Shown here: positions 28,468 through 37,018 of the stretch, one piece after another | Layout: each line of letters opens with the position of its first letter | How positions within the stretch are numbered: position 1 is the stretch's first letter | Assembly (NCBI GenBank): GCA_022768045.1 | Contig: JALEND010000020.1 | Span: 1 to 40,712 of the forward strand | Source: Mycoplasmatota bacterium | Lineage (GTDB): Bacteria > Bacillota_I > Bacilli_A > RF39 > UBA660 | Direction of reading: 5' to 3' | Length of the DNA stretch: 40,712 bases | Position numbers and translations under genes: made by a program | Notes under the pieces: generated by a model | Told to the model about the DNA's origin: nothing | The model's input: the letters and a program-made list of their open reading frames with translations, nothing else | The model's database searches: none

Positions 28468-28770
28468 ATGATAAAGATAAAAGTTTGTTATGAAAACGAT
28501 AAAATAAAGAACTTTAAAGTGTCTGGACATGCTAATTATGATACATATGGTAAAGACATTGTTTGTGCTTCTGTATCATCTATAGTTATTACAAGTTGTA
28601 ATATGGCGTTAACACTTGATGATAAATCTATTTCTTACGTAGAAAAAGAGGGTTTAGTAAGTGTTGATATCTTAAAAGATGATGATATTATAAACAAGGT
28701 ATTTGTAAATATGATTAACATGTTAAAAGAACTTGAAAATGATTATAAAACTAATATAAAATTTGTATAA
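28468..28770 (+). CDS. prp: Ribosomal-processing cysteine protease Prp (YsxB)
   Basis: SGHA...[10 protein letters not shown]; located between rplU and rpmA. Confidence 0.96.
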   Translation: MIKIKVCYENDKIKNFKVSGHANYDTYGKDIVCASVSSIVITSCNMALTLDDKSISYVEKEGLVSVDILKDDDIINKVFVNMINMLKELENDYKTNIKFV

Positions 28771-28786
28771 AAGGAGGCGTTTGTTG

Positions 28787-29068
28787 ATGTTAAAATTATG
28801 CATTCAATTATTTGCACACGTTAAGGCTCAAGGTTCAACTAGCAACGGACGTGATAGTGAAGGTCGTAGATTAGGCGCTAAAGCAGCTGATGGTGAATTT
28901 ATAACAGCTGGATCAATAATTTATCGTCAAAGAGGTACAAAAATTTATCCAGGTACTAACGTTGGTATGGGTAAAGATCACACTTTATTTGCTAAGATTT
29001 CAGGATACGTTAAATTTGAACGTAAAGGTAGAGATAAGAAACAAGTTAGTGTTTATGAAACAAAGTAA
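28787..29068 (+). CDS. rpmA: 50S ribosomal protein L27 with cleavable N-extension
   Basis: [34 protein letters not shown]; AAGGAGG RBS. Confidence 0.98.
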   Translation: MLKLCIQLFAHVKAQGSTSNGRDSEGRRLGAKAADGEFITAGSIIYRQRGTKIYPGTNVGMGKDHTLFAKISGYVKFERKGRDKKQVSVYETK

Positions 29069-29147
29069 TATCATCTATATGATGATATTTTTCTTTTATA
29101 GTTGGTATTTTTAGTGTTATGTGGTAAAATTGTCTAGAGGTGTTTTT

Positions 29148-29786
29148 ATGAAATATAACGTTGTAAAAGATGCAGATAATATTTTAAATAGTAGTTCATA
29201 CTTAGTTAAAGATCCAAGTAAGTATAAAAATAAATGGCATGATTTATTTGGCAATAAAAATCCTATATGTTTAGAACTTGGTATGGGAAGAGGATCATTT
29301 ATCATAGATATGGCTCTTAGTAATCCTAATATTAATTATATTGGTCTTGAGCTTGATAAGGGTCAGTGTGCAACAGCTGTTAAAAATATAAGCGGAAGAA
29401 GTATTAAGAATTTAAAAATGATATGTGCAAATGCTAATGATATTATAAGTTTTTTTGGAAAGGAAATTGATACAATTTATTTAACTTTTTCAGAACCATG
29501 GCCAAAAAAACAAGATGCTACTAAAAGATTTACTAATGTGTCATATCTAAAATTATATGATAGAATATTTAAAAAGAATAAACATATAATACTTAAGACT
29601 GATAATAAAATACTTTTTGCATCTGCAATTGAAAGTTTAAGTGATTACTGGTATACATTTGATGTAGTAAGTTTAGATTTACATAATGATGAAAGAAAAA
29701 TTAAAAATATTATGACTGATTTTGAAAAGCAGTATTATAAAGAAAAAAGACAAATATATTACTTTGATGCTTCTTTTAAAGGATAG
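29148..29786 (+). CDS. trmB: tRNA m7G46 methyltransferase family, divergent active site
   Basis: FGNKNPICLELGMGRG, NYIGLE, IYLTFSEPWPK, KTDN..LF, SLDLH, IMTDFEK. Confidence 0.85.
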   Translation: MKYNVVKDADNILNSSSYLVKDPSKYKNKWHDLFGNKNPICLELGMGRGSFIIDMALSNPNINYIGLELDKGQCATAVKNISGRSIKNLKMICANANDIISFFGKEIDTIYLTFSEPWPKKQDATKRFTNVSYLKLYDRIFKKNKHIILKTDNKILFASAIESLSDYWYTFDVVSLDLHNDERKIKNIMTDFEKQYYKEKRQIYYFDASFKG

Positions 29787-29807
29787 TAAAGTAAAAGGTG
29801 ATAAAAA

Positions 29808-30305
29808 ATGAATAATAAAACTAAAAAAATAATTTCAATAATAGGTGCAACAGCTATTATGACAGGTGCTTTTTCATACATAACTCCAACGATTATTAAT
29901 AATGAAAAGTACGTGGATTCTGATGATAAAAACTTAAGTAATAATGACTATTTATTTATATCAGATTCTATTATATTTGATGATGATTTTAATAAAAAAG
30001 TGTTTTATGTACAAAAAAATGAAAAAGAAGAGTTTCTATCATTAAATAGTAATGTTAAAGGATATACATGTCTTGGTGTATATTCTTCTATGAGTTCTGC
30101 TGATGCCGTTTTATATAAAGTATCAAATGTTAATAATAAAATAGAATTTAAAGTACTAAGTTATGATGATTTAGAAAATAATAAATTAAATGATAATGAG
30201 AAAATATATGTTATAGATGATGCTGCACCTTCATATGTAAAAGAAAATACTTTTATACCAAGTGATAGCATTAAACAAATAGGTAGTTCTAAAGTTCTAA
30301 AGTAG
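29808..30305 (+). CDS. Hypothetical exported/anchored protein (paralog 1)
   Basis: Basic N-terminus plus hydrophobic stretch; shares motifs with 30372..30878. Confidence 0.75.
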   Translation: MNNKTKKIISIIGATAIMTGAFSYITPTIINNEKYVDSDDKNLSNNDYLFISDSIIFDDDFNKKVFYVQKNEKEEFLSLNSNVKGYTCLGVYSSMSSADAVLYKVSNVNNKIEFKVLSYDDLENNKLNDNEKIYVIDDAAPSYVKENTFIPSDSIKQIGSSKVLK

Positions 30306-30371
30306 TCCATAAAAGGTGGACTTTTTTAGTCTTTAATTGTATAATAAGTAGCATTTATGAGGTGAAGTATT

Positions 30372-30878
30372 ATGAATAAGAATAAGAAGAAAACTATTTC
30401 TGTTTTACTTAGTATATCTATACTAGCTACAGTAAGTGGTACAACAGTATATGAGGTTATGAATAATAAAAATGTAAAAAGAGATGTTAATAGATTTTTT
30501 CAGTCTACTTTTTTAAGTGTTGATTATGCAGCTTTAGATGGAATTTCATATGAAGATTTTGATTATGGTAAAAAAGATTATTATGTGTTAGAAAAAAATA
30601 ACAAGCTAATTATTTCTGATAAAAAGAAAGTAGATGGGTATAAGCTTTTAGGAGAGTATAATTCTACTAACTCTTGTGAAGAAGTGTTTTACTTTGGATA
30701 TAGTACTGATGATGGAGAAACAACTTCATATCAAACGTTAAGCTACGATGACTTAGAAAAAGATGATCATAAAATATTTAATACTTTAGAAGAAAACGAA
30801 GTTGTAGTTATAGATGAAAATTCTCCTGATAATGTTAGTGCATACGTTCCAAAGTGTAGTATTAAAAAAATAAAATAA
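30372..30878 (+). CDS. Hypothetical exported/anchored protein (paralog 2)
   Basis: GAGGTGA RBS, TGTATAAT -10; shares motifs with 29808..30305. Confidence 0.75.
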   Translation: MNKNKKKTISVLLSISILATVSGTTVYEVMNNKNVKRDVNRFFQSTFLSVDYAALDGISYEDFDYGKKDYYVLEKNNKLIISDKKKVDGYKLLGEYNSTNSCEEVFYFGYSTDDGETTSYQTLSYDDLEKDDHKIFNTLEENEVVVIDENSPDNVSAYVPKCSIKKIK

Positions 30879-30890
30879 GATGGTGATAAA

Positions 30891-31571
30891 ATGATTACAA
30901 ATGATAAAAGAGAATATTATATGGAAGTTGATAGAAACTATTATAATGATATAAAAACAATATATAAGTATGAGGATGCTATTTGTAGTAATAGCGTTTT
31001 TTATACTGATAGTAAGAACGTAAACATAATAGAAGGTGCTGTTATAAAAAAGGGTTGCTTAAACTACTTAATAATGAAAAAAGATGGTAACTTTTTAGAG
31101 TGCGTTATAGTTAAAAGAAAAGATAATAAATTTAATAAAAAAGGGTATGTTAAAATAGAGGATAATGGTTCGTTAGCTTATTTTATAGACTTAAATAAGA
31201 AGTACTTAATAGATGCTGATTTAGCTAAATATGAATATTTTATACCTACTAATTTATTTCATAAAATCTTTAAATTATATAAACAAAATAATGAAAAAGA
31301 TGAAAAGCTTAAATTTGGTAATGTGGTTTATATAAATGATTCTAATCAAATAGTTGTGCTTCAAAAAGAAAGATTTATATACACATGTCCTTTGGATTCG
31401 TTAGAACAATTTAGAGGTTTTAATAGATATTCTACTAGTGATGTGATAATAAATATAGGTGCTTTATCTAAAAATCAAGAAGAAGTATTATTAAAAAAAC
31501 TCGAAAATGCTTTAACTGAAGATAAACATATTCCAAAAAAGATAAAACAAGATGTAAAAAAACTAGTTTAA
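30891..31571 (+). CDS. Hypothetical protein
   Basis: 226 aa, GGTGA RBS, beta-rich pattern; no recognised family. Confidence 0.7.
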   Translation: MITNDKREYYMEVDRNYYNDIKTIYKYEDAICSNSVFYTDSKNVNIIEGAVIKKGCLNYLIMKKDGNFLECVIVKRKDNKFNKKGYVKIEDNGSLAYFIDLNKKYLIDADLAKYEYFIPTNLFHKIFKLYKQNNEKDEKLKFGNVVYINDSNQIVVLQKERFIYTCPLDSLEQFRGFNRYSTSDVIINIGALSKNQEEVLLKKLENALTEDKHIPKKIKQDVKKLV

Positions 31572-31615
31572 ATGTTGTAAAACTGTTATACTTATAGTAA
31601 AGAGGTGATATTTAT

Positions 31616-32884
31616 ATGTTCGTTGATGAAGTTGTGATGGATGTTAAAGCAGGAAATGGTGGAGATGGATGTACTGCTTTTAGAAGAGAAAAATACATAC
31701 CAGATGGTGGGCCTTTTGGTGGTAATGGAGGACGTGGAGCTAACATAGTTTTTAAAACTGATTTAGGTCTTAAGACATTACTTGATTTAAGGTACAATAA
31801 ACTAATTAAAGCTCCTAAGGGTGCTAACGGTATGGGTAAAAATAAAAATGGTCGTGGAGCAGAAGATGTTGTTATAAAAGTACCTTTAGGTACTACTGTA
31901 AGAGATATGGAAACTGGTCTTATTATAGCAGACTTAACTAAGAAAGATGACGTTGCTATAATAGCTCATGGTGGACGTGGTGGAAGAGGTAATACTGCCT
32001 TTGCTACTGCAACTAATCCAGCTCCTAACTTTTCTGAAAACGGAGAACCAGGAGAAGAAAAGAAGATTAAAGTAGAGTTAAGGCTTTTAGCAGACGTAGG
32101 TTTTGTTGGTATGCCTTCAGTTGGTAAGTCAACTATTTTATCTTTGATTTCAGCATCTAAACCAAAGATAGCAGCATATCATTTTACTACGTTATCTCCT
32201 AATTTAGGAGTGGTTAAAACAATTGATAATAGAGTGTTTGTAGCAGCAGATTTACCAGGATTAATTAAGGGTGCATCACTAGGTGAAGGCCTTGGTGATA
32301 AGTTCTTAAAACATGTTCAAAGAACAAGGGTAATTGCACATATAATAGATATGTCAGCACAAGAGGGAAGAGACCCTATAGAAGATTATGAAATAATTAA
32401 TAAGGAATTAGAAGACTTTGATCCAAAGTTAGCTAAGAAACCTCAAGTTATAATAGCAAATAAAATGGATATAGATGGAGCTAATGAAAACTTGAAAAGA
32501 TTTAAGAAAAAATATAATTTGCCAGTATATGAAACAAGTGCAATAACTAATAAAGGACTTGATAAAGCTTTAATAGCAATTGCAGATGAATTAGATAAAA
32601 TAAAAGAAGAACCATTATTTGAAGAAGATGAGTTTGAATCTCACGTATTATATAAGTTTAAAAAGGAAAAACCATTTACCATTACAAGAGATAATGATAT
32701 ATATGTTGTAAAAGGAAAAGACGTAGAAAAATTATTTAAGATGACTAAGTTTACTGATGAAGGGGCAATTCGTTTTGCAAAGAAATTACAACATATGAGT
32801 ATTGATGAAGAGCTCCTTAAGATGGGTGCAAAATATGGTGATAAAGTACAGATAATGGACTTAATATTTGAGTTTAAAGAGTAA
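31616..32884 (+). CDS. obgE: GTPase Obg/CgtA
   Basis: AGNGGDG..FRREKY.P.GGP.GG, VGMPSVGKST, YHFTTL.PNLG, ADLPGLI, NKMD, OCT C-terminal domain. Confidence 0.99.
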   Translation: MFVDEVVMDVKAGNGGDGCTAFRREKYIPDGGPFGGNGGRGANIVFKTDLGLKTLLDLRYNKLIKAPKGANGMGKNKNGRGAEDVVIKVPLGTTVRDMETGLIIADLTKKDDVAIIAHGGRGGRGNTAFATATNPAPNFSENGEPGEEKKIKVELRLLADVGFVGMPSVGKSTILSLISASKPKIAAYHFTTLSPNLGVVKTIDNRVFVAADLPGLIKGASLGEGLGDKFLKHVQRTRVIAHIIDMSAQEGRDPIEDYEIINKELEDFDPKLAKKPQVIIANKMDIDGANENLKRFKKKYNLPVYETSAITNKGLDKALIAIADELDKIKEEPLFEEDEFESHVLYKFKKEKPFTITRDNDIYVVKGKDVEKLFKMTKFTDEGAIRFAKKLQHMSIDEELLKMGAKYGDKVQIMDLIFEFKE

Positions 32885-32887
32885 GTG

Positions 32888-32916
32888 AAAAAACTAGTTT
32901 AAAAGCTAGTTTTTTT
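32888..32916 (+). terminator. Terminator after obg
   Basis: AAAAAACTAGTT-taa-AAGCTAGTTTTTTT hairpin. Confidence 0.75.
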
Positions 32917-33000
32917 CTTTACAATACCTTTTAACATATCTTGTATTTTTATATTATTTATTATAAAATAAAAGTGAATATTAAAAGGAGGTTTGTTTTT

Positions 33001-34797
33001 ATGGATGATAAAGATTTTATTGATGTTTCAGATGACGTAGAAACATTATCTTTTGATGATGAAATATCAGATGAAATAGATGCTATGCTAAGTCAAATTA
33101 TGCCAGAAGAAAAGAAACCTTCTTCTAACTATGAGATATTAAAAGATGAAAAAGTTACGAATAAAAATAGTTTAGATGTATATGTACCTTCTATTAAAGA
33201 CTTTAATATAAAAAGTGAAAGAACACATAAAATAGTAAAAAAAGTTATGATTTATTCTATAATTTTCATACTATTTACATTTGAGTTTTTTATAAATAAA
33301 GCAGGTACTGAGCTTAATAATTTAAGAATATATGCAACTAATAATAATCCTATAATGATAGTTCAAAATAATAAGTATGGATTTATAGATGATAAGGGAA
33401 ATACGCTTGTTAATCCTAAGTATAGTTATGCAACAAATTATGTTAATGGTTATGCGATTATAAAAGATGCAACTAATTTACCTTTAATAATTGATAAAAC
33501 AGGTAAGGAAATAGTTAAAACAGGTACTTATTTTACTTTATATAGAGCAGGTAGTGATATTATTGCAAGTAAGTCTACTAGTGATGGTTTAAAGTATGGA
33601 ATACTTGATTCTAATTTAAATGTAAAACTTAAGTTTACGTATGATTTAATTTCATACCAAGATGATACTTATACTTTTGTAAAAGATAACGTTGTTGGTA
33701 TTTTAAATAACGACGGAAAAGAAATATATTCTTATAAGTTATCTGATACAGATGATAAAGTAATAAATGTAACAGTATCATCAGTAGATAAAAAAAGAAC
33801 TTCTTACGGGGTTGTTAAAGTTAATGGTTCATCAGTAATAATTAATATGACAACTGGTAAGGTAGCTAAAACTCCTACGTTAAATAATATTACTGTTTTA
33901 GATAATAATGTTTTTTATGAAGAAAAAGAAAACGGTAAGAAGGAGTATTATTACATAGAAAATGATAATATAATAGTTGATTCTATATCATATGTTAACT
34001 TGTCTATGAATTCTATAGAAGCGGGTGTTTTAAAGGGCATTAATAATGATTTTACGTATGAGTTTATTAGTACAGCAACAAAAGAGCAAGTAAGTAAAAA
34101 ATTATCTAATGAAGATGCTTATTTTGGAGAAAACGTATTTATATATAAAACATATGATTATAAGAAGAATAAAGTATCATTTAACCTAGTTAGAAATGGT
34201 AAAGTATTTAAGACGATATATGATATAAAAGGAATAAAACAACCATTTAAAAATGGCTTTGCAATAGTAGAATATGATGATAATAAATATGGATATTTAA
34301 ATGAAGAAGGTAACTTCTTAAATGATGTTCATTACATAGAAGCTAAATCATTTGATTCATATGGAGATGCAGTAGCTAAAATGGATACTGGTTATGGTGT
34401 TATAAATAAAAATGGTAATGAAGTTCTTAAGTTTAAGTATAGTAAAATAAAAGAGGCAAATGAAAATTATAAAAAGAATTCATACAGTGATAAAAATACG
34501 GCATATTATGCAGCAAGTATAGATAATTATTACAGCATATATGATAAAAAGGGTAAAAAAATTAATTCTAATAATTATTTAGATGTAATATTTAATGATT
34601 CTTATCCAGTACTTAAAGTATCAAGTAATGGTAATACATATATTTACATTGCAGAAAGTGATAGTAAAATAAATATAGATGATTTAAATACTAATTATAA
34701 GGCGTATAAAAATTACATAGTAATAAATAATAATTATTATAACTATGATGGTAAACTTATTTATGTTAATAAGTCTCGTAGTACGGAAGGAAGCTAA
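33001..34797 (+). CDS. WG-repeat (KWG-type) membrane protein
   Basis: Acidic N-terminus, one TM, repeats KYGFIDDKG..P.Y, KYGILD, FKNGFAIV..KYGYLNEEG, YGVINKNG; AAGGAGG RBS. Confidence 0.85.
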   Translation: MDDKDFIDVSDDVETLSFDDEISDEIDAMLSQIMPEEKKPSSNYEILKDEKVTNKNSLDVYVPSIKDFNIKSERTHKIVKKVMIYSIIFILFTFEFFINKAGTELNNLRIYATNNNPIMIVQNNKYGFIDDKGNTLVNPKYSYATNYVNGYAIIKDATNLPLIIDKTGKEIVKTGTYFTLYRAGSDIIASKSTSDGLKYGILDSNLNVKLKFTYDLISYQDDTYTFVKDNVVGILNNDGKEIYSYKLSDTDDKVINVTVSSVDKKRTSYGVVKVNGSSVIINMTTGKVAKTPTLNNITVLDNNVFYEEKENGKKEYYYIENDNIIVDSISYVNLSMNSIEAGVLKGINNDFTYEFISTATKEQVSKKLSNEDAYFGENVFIYKTYDYKKNKVSFNLVRNGKVFKTIYDIKGIKQPFKNGFAIVEYDDNKYGYLNEEGNFLNDVHYIEAKSFDSYGDAVAKMDTGYGVINKNGNEVLKFKYSKIKEANENYKKNSYSDKNTAYYAASIDNYYSIYDKKGKKINSNNYLDVIFNDSYPVLKVSSNGNTYIYIAESDSKINIDDLNTNYKAYKNYIVINNNYYNYDGKLIYVNKSRSTEGS

Positions 34798-34799
34798 AA

Positions 34800-34964
34800 A
34801 TGGATGAAAATTTAGAAATGTTAGATGTTTCTGATAATAAAGAAGAAAAGAAAAAAGATTACTTTATGAATTTTATTATGATATCATTAATAGTCTTAGT
34901 AGTATTATTTATAATAGTTTATTTCTTTGGTTATAATTTTTTAAAACCATATATAAAGGTGTAA
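34800..34964 (+). CDS. 54-aa single-TM membrane protein; absent from ORF track
   Basis: MDENLEMLDVSDNKEEKKKDYFMNFIMISLIVLVVLFIIVYFFGYNFLKPYIKV; GGAAGGA RBS; fills the gap with 2-nt spacing on both sides. Confidence 0.8.
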   Translation: MDENLEMLDVSDNKEEKKKDYFMNFIMISLIVLVVLFIIVYFFGYNFLKPYIKV

Positions 34965-34966
34965 TT

Positions 34967-35575
34967 ATGAGGAAGTTAATAAAAATAGTAGCAGATATTA
35001 TTATATTAGTATGTGTTATAGGACTTTATGTTCTAGCAGCTAAGTTTATATACACTAACTTTAGAGAAAGAAAAAGAAAAGAAATAACTGATGGAATAAT
35101 AGATAAGATAGATAAAAAAATAGATGATATTAAAAAAGAAGATAATAGTCTTCAAACAGAGGCTGATGTAAAATATAATGGAACTCATTATACTGTTCTT
35201 GGTAAATTAAATATCAAGAAGATTAATTTTTATCAACCAATATTAAAAGAAAAGACCAGTTACGCATATAATGTATCTGTTGTAAAAATAAAAGGTCCAG
35301 ACTTAAATGAAGAAGGTAATTTTGTTATAGGTGGACATAATTACATGAGAAAAGTATTCTTTATGAAGATTAATAAACTAACTAAGGGTGATGTAATAAA
35401 CATTACTGATTTAAATGGAAGAAGTATTAATTATTATGTATATGAATATAAGGTAACTTCTGCTGATGATTCTTCTTACTTAAAAGATATAGAAGATGGA
35501 GGAAAATACATTACTTTAGTTACATGTAATTATGGTGGTAAAGAAAGATACATAGTAAAAGCTAAGGCAAAATAA
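34967..35575 (+). CDS. Sortase
   Basis: N-terminal TM, LGKLNIKKI, catalytic triad GHNY / LVTC / ERYIVKA. Confidence 0.92.
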   Translation: MRKLIKIVADIIILVCVIGLYVLAAKFIYTNFRERKRKEITDGIIDKIDKKIDDIKKEDNSLQTEADVKYNGTHYTVLGKLNIKKINFYQPILKEKTSYAYNVSVVKIKGPDLNEEGNFVIGGHNYMRKVFFMKINKLTKGDVINITDLNGRSINYYVYEYKVTSADDSSYLKDIEDGGKYITLVTCNYGGKERYIVKAKAK

Positions 35576-35584
35576 AAAAACGTT

Positions 35585-35857
35585 TTATAACGTTTTTTTT
35601 GGTAGTTCATAAATGTTTTTAGTCTTTTTAGGTGCAATTATTATTCTACATGGTTTAACTTCTTTATAAACCTTTATTATATTGTCATTTTTATCAGTAG
35701 CAACAACATCTATTTTATCTAACATAAAGAATGTATGAATAGATTTACAATTTCTAAATAAAAGACAGTAATTAATGTTTTTTTTAAACATTAAACCAAA
35801 TAATCTATCTTTAAAACTTTTAGCTTCCTTTACCTTTAAATTATTAAAATTTAGCAT
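35585..35857 (-). CDS. DUF192 family protein
   Basis: AKSFKDRLFGLM, SIHTFFM..IDVV..D, IYELP. Confidence 0.9.
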   Translation of the reverse strand: MLNFNNLKVKEAKSFKDRLFGLMFKKNINYCLLFRNCKSIHTFFMLDKIDVVATDKNDNIIKVYKEVKPCRIIIAPKKTKNIYELPKKTL

Positions 35858-35961
35858 ACTATCACCATACTCATATTATCATATTAATTTTAAAAAGTTA
35901 AGTATTTAAATATCATTAGTTCTGTATATAAAAATAAATTGCGATAACTATAGTATAGTGA

Positions 35962-35990
35962 TTGACAAATTGTTAAAAAAAATATAAACT
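35962..35990 (+). promoter_or_regulatory. Sigma-A promoter of pilin gene
   Basis: TTGACA-N17-TAAACT. Confidence 0.7.
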
Positions 35991-36023
35991 ATAAGTATAT
36001 AAAATAAAGTAGGGTGATTTTAA

Positions 36024-36218
36024 ATGAATAAATTAAATAATAGAGGTCAAGCTTTAGTAGAGTATGTATTAATTATTACACTTATTGTTGTTGTTGCTAT
36101 AAGTGCTGTTAAAATATTTGGAGGTCGTTTAAAAGATTCTATTACTAAGACCTCATGTGAGCTAATTGGTGAAAAGTATCAAGAAGGTAGTAAAGCAGGA
36201 GAAGGAACATGTAAATAG
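36024..36218 (+). CDS. Flp/Tad-type pilin
   Basis: RG/QALVEY prepilin cleavage site and Flp motif, hydrophobic helix, 64 aa; GGGTGA RBS. Confidence 0.88.
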   Translation: MNKLNNRGQALVEYVLIITLIVVVAISAVKIFGGRLKDSITKTSCELIGEKYQEGSKAGEGTCK

Positions 36219-36255
36219 GCCATCTAGGTCTTTTTTTGTACAAAGGAGGAAATAT

Positions 36256-36939
36256 ATGTCTAAAATATTAAAATCAAGTGGTAGAGGTAGTTTAATTGTT
36301 TTATCAGGACCATCTGGTTGTGGTAAACAGTCTGTATGTGAAAGATTAAATGAGTATAATAATAATTTTTGGGTATCGGTATCTTGTACTACTAGAAAGC
36401 CTAGATTAGGTGATGAAGATGGTATTACGTACTATTTTATAAGTGAAGAAGAATTTAAAAAGAAAATAGATAATGATGAATTCTTAGAGTATAATTATTA
36501 TAACGGAAATTATTATGGAACGCTAAAAGCTAATATAGAAAAATATTTAGAAGAGGGTGTAGATGTTATATTAGAAGTAGATGTTAATGGTGCTCTTTCT
36601 ATTAAACATAAGATAAAAGAAGCTATATTTATCTTCTTAATGCCACCTACTATGAAGGATTTAATATTAAGACTTAAAAAAAGAGGTTCTGAATCTAATG
36701 ATAAAATAATTTCAAGATTTAAAACTGCATATAATGAAATAAATGAAGTATCTAAGTATAATTATGTTATTGTAAATGATGAAGTAGATAATGCTGCTAG
36801 AAAGATGAATTCTATAATAGAAGCACAAAAATGCATGGTAGATAGAATAGAAGAAGTATATTTAGATAACCCAGAAGAAGAAATTCATGAGTTATTAATA
36901 GATAATAAAGAGTTTATAAATAAAGATACTATTATTTAA
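36256..36939 (+). CDS. gmk: Guanylate kinase
   Basis: LSGPSGCGK, SVSCTTRKPR, YYGT, ILEVDVNGA, FLMPP, RGSE, YVIVND. Confidence 0.95.
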   Translation: MSKILKSSGRGSLIVLSGPSGCGKQSVCERLNEYNNNFWVSVSCTTRKPRLGDEDGITYYFISEEEFKKKIDNDEFLEYNYYNGNYYGTLKANIEKYLEEGVDVILEVDVNGALSIKHKIKEAIFIFLMPPTMKDLILRLKKRGSESNDKIISRFKTAYNEINEVSKYNYVIVNDEVDNAARKMNSIIEAQKCMVDRIEEVYLDNPEEEIHELLIDNKEFINKDTII

Positions 36940-37018
36940 AAAGTAATGTTACATTACTTTTTTTGTTTTTTTAAAATAAAAAAATGTTATAATAATAAAG
37001 AATAGGAGATGATATATT

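Noticed and set aside
35947-35960. ACTATAGT palindrome upstream of the pilin promoter as an operator
   Set aside because: Too short and AT-rich to distinguish from chance without conservation data.
36256-36939. Gmk P-loop GKQS as a sign of inactivation
   Set aside because: The Lys and GMP-binding motifs are intact and this position varies in Firmicutes (GKGT); evidence is too weak.
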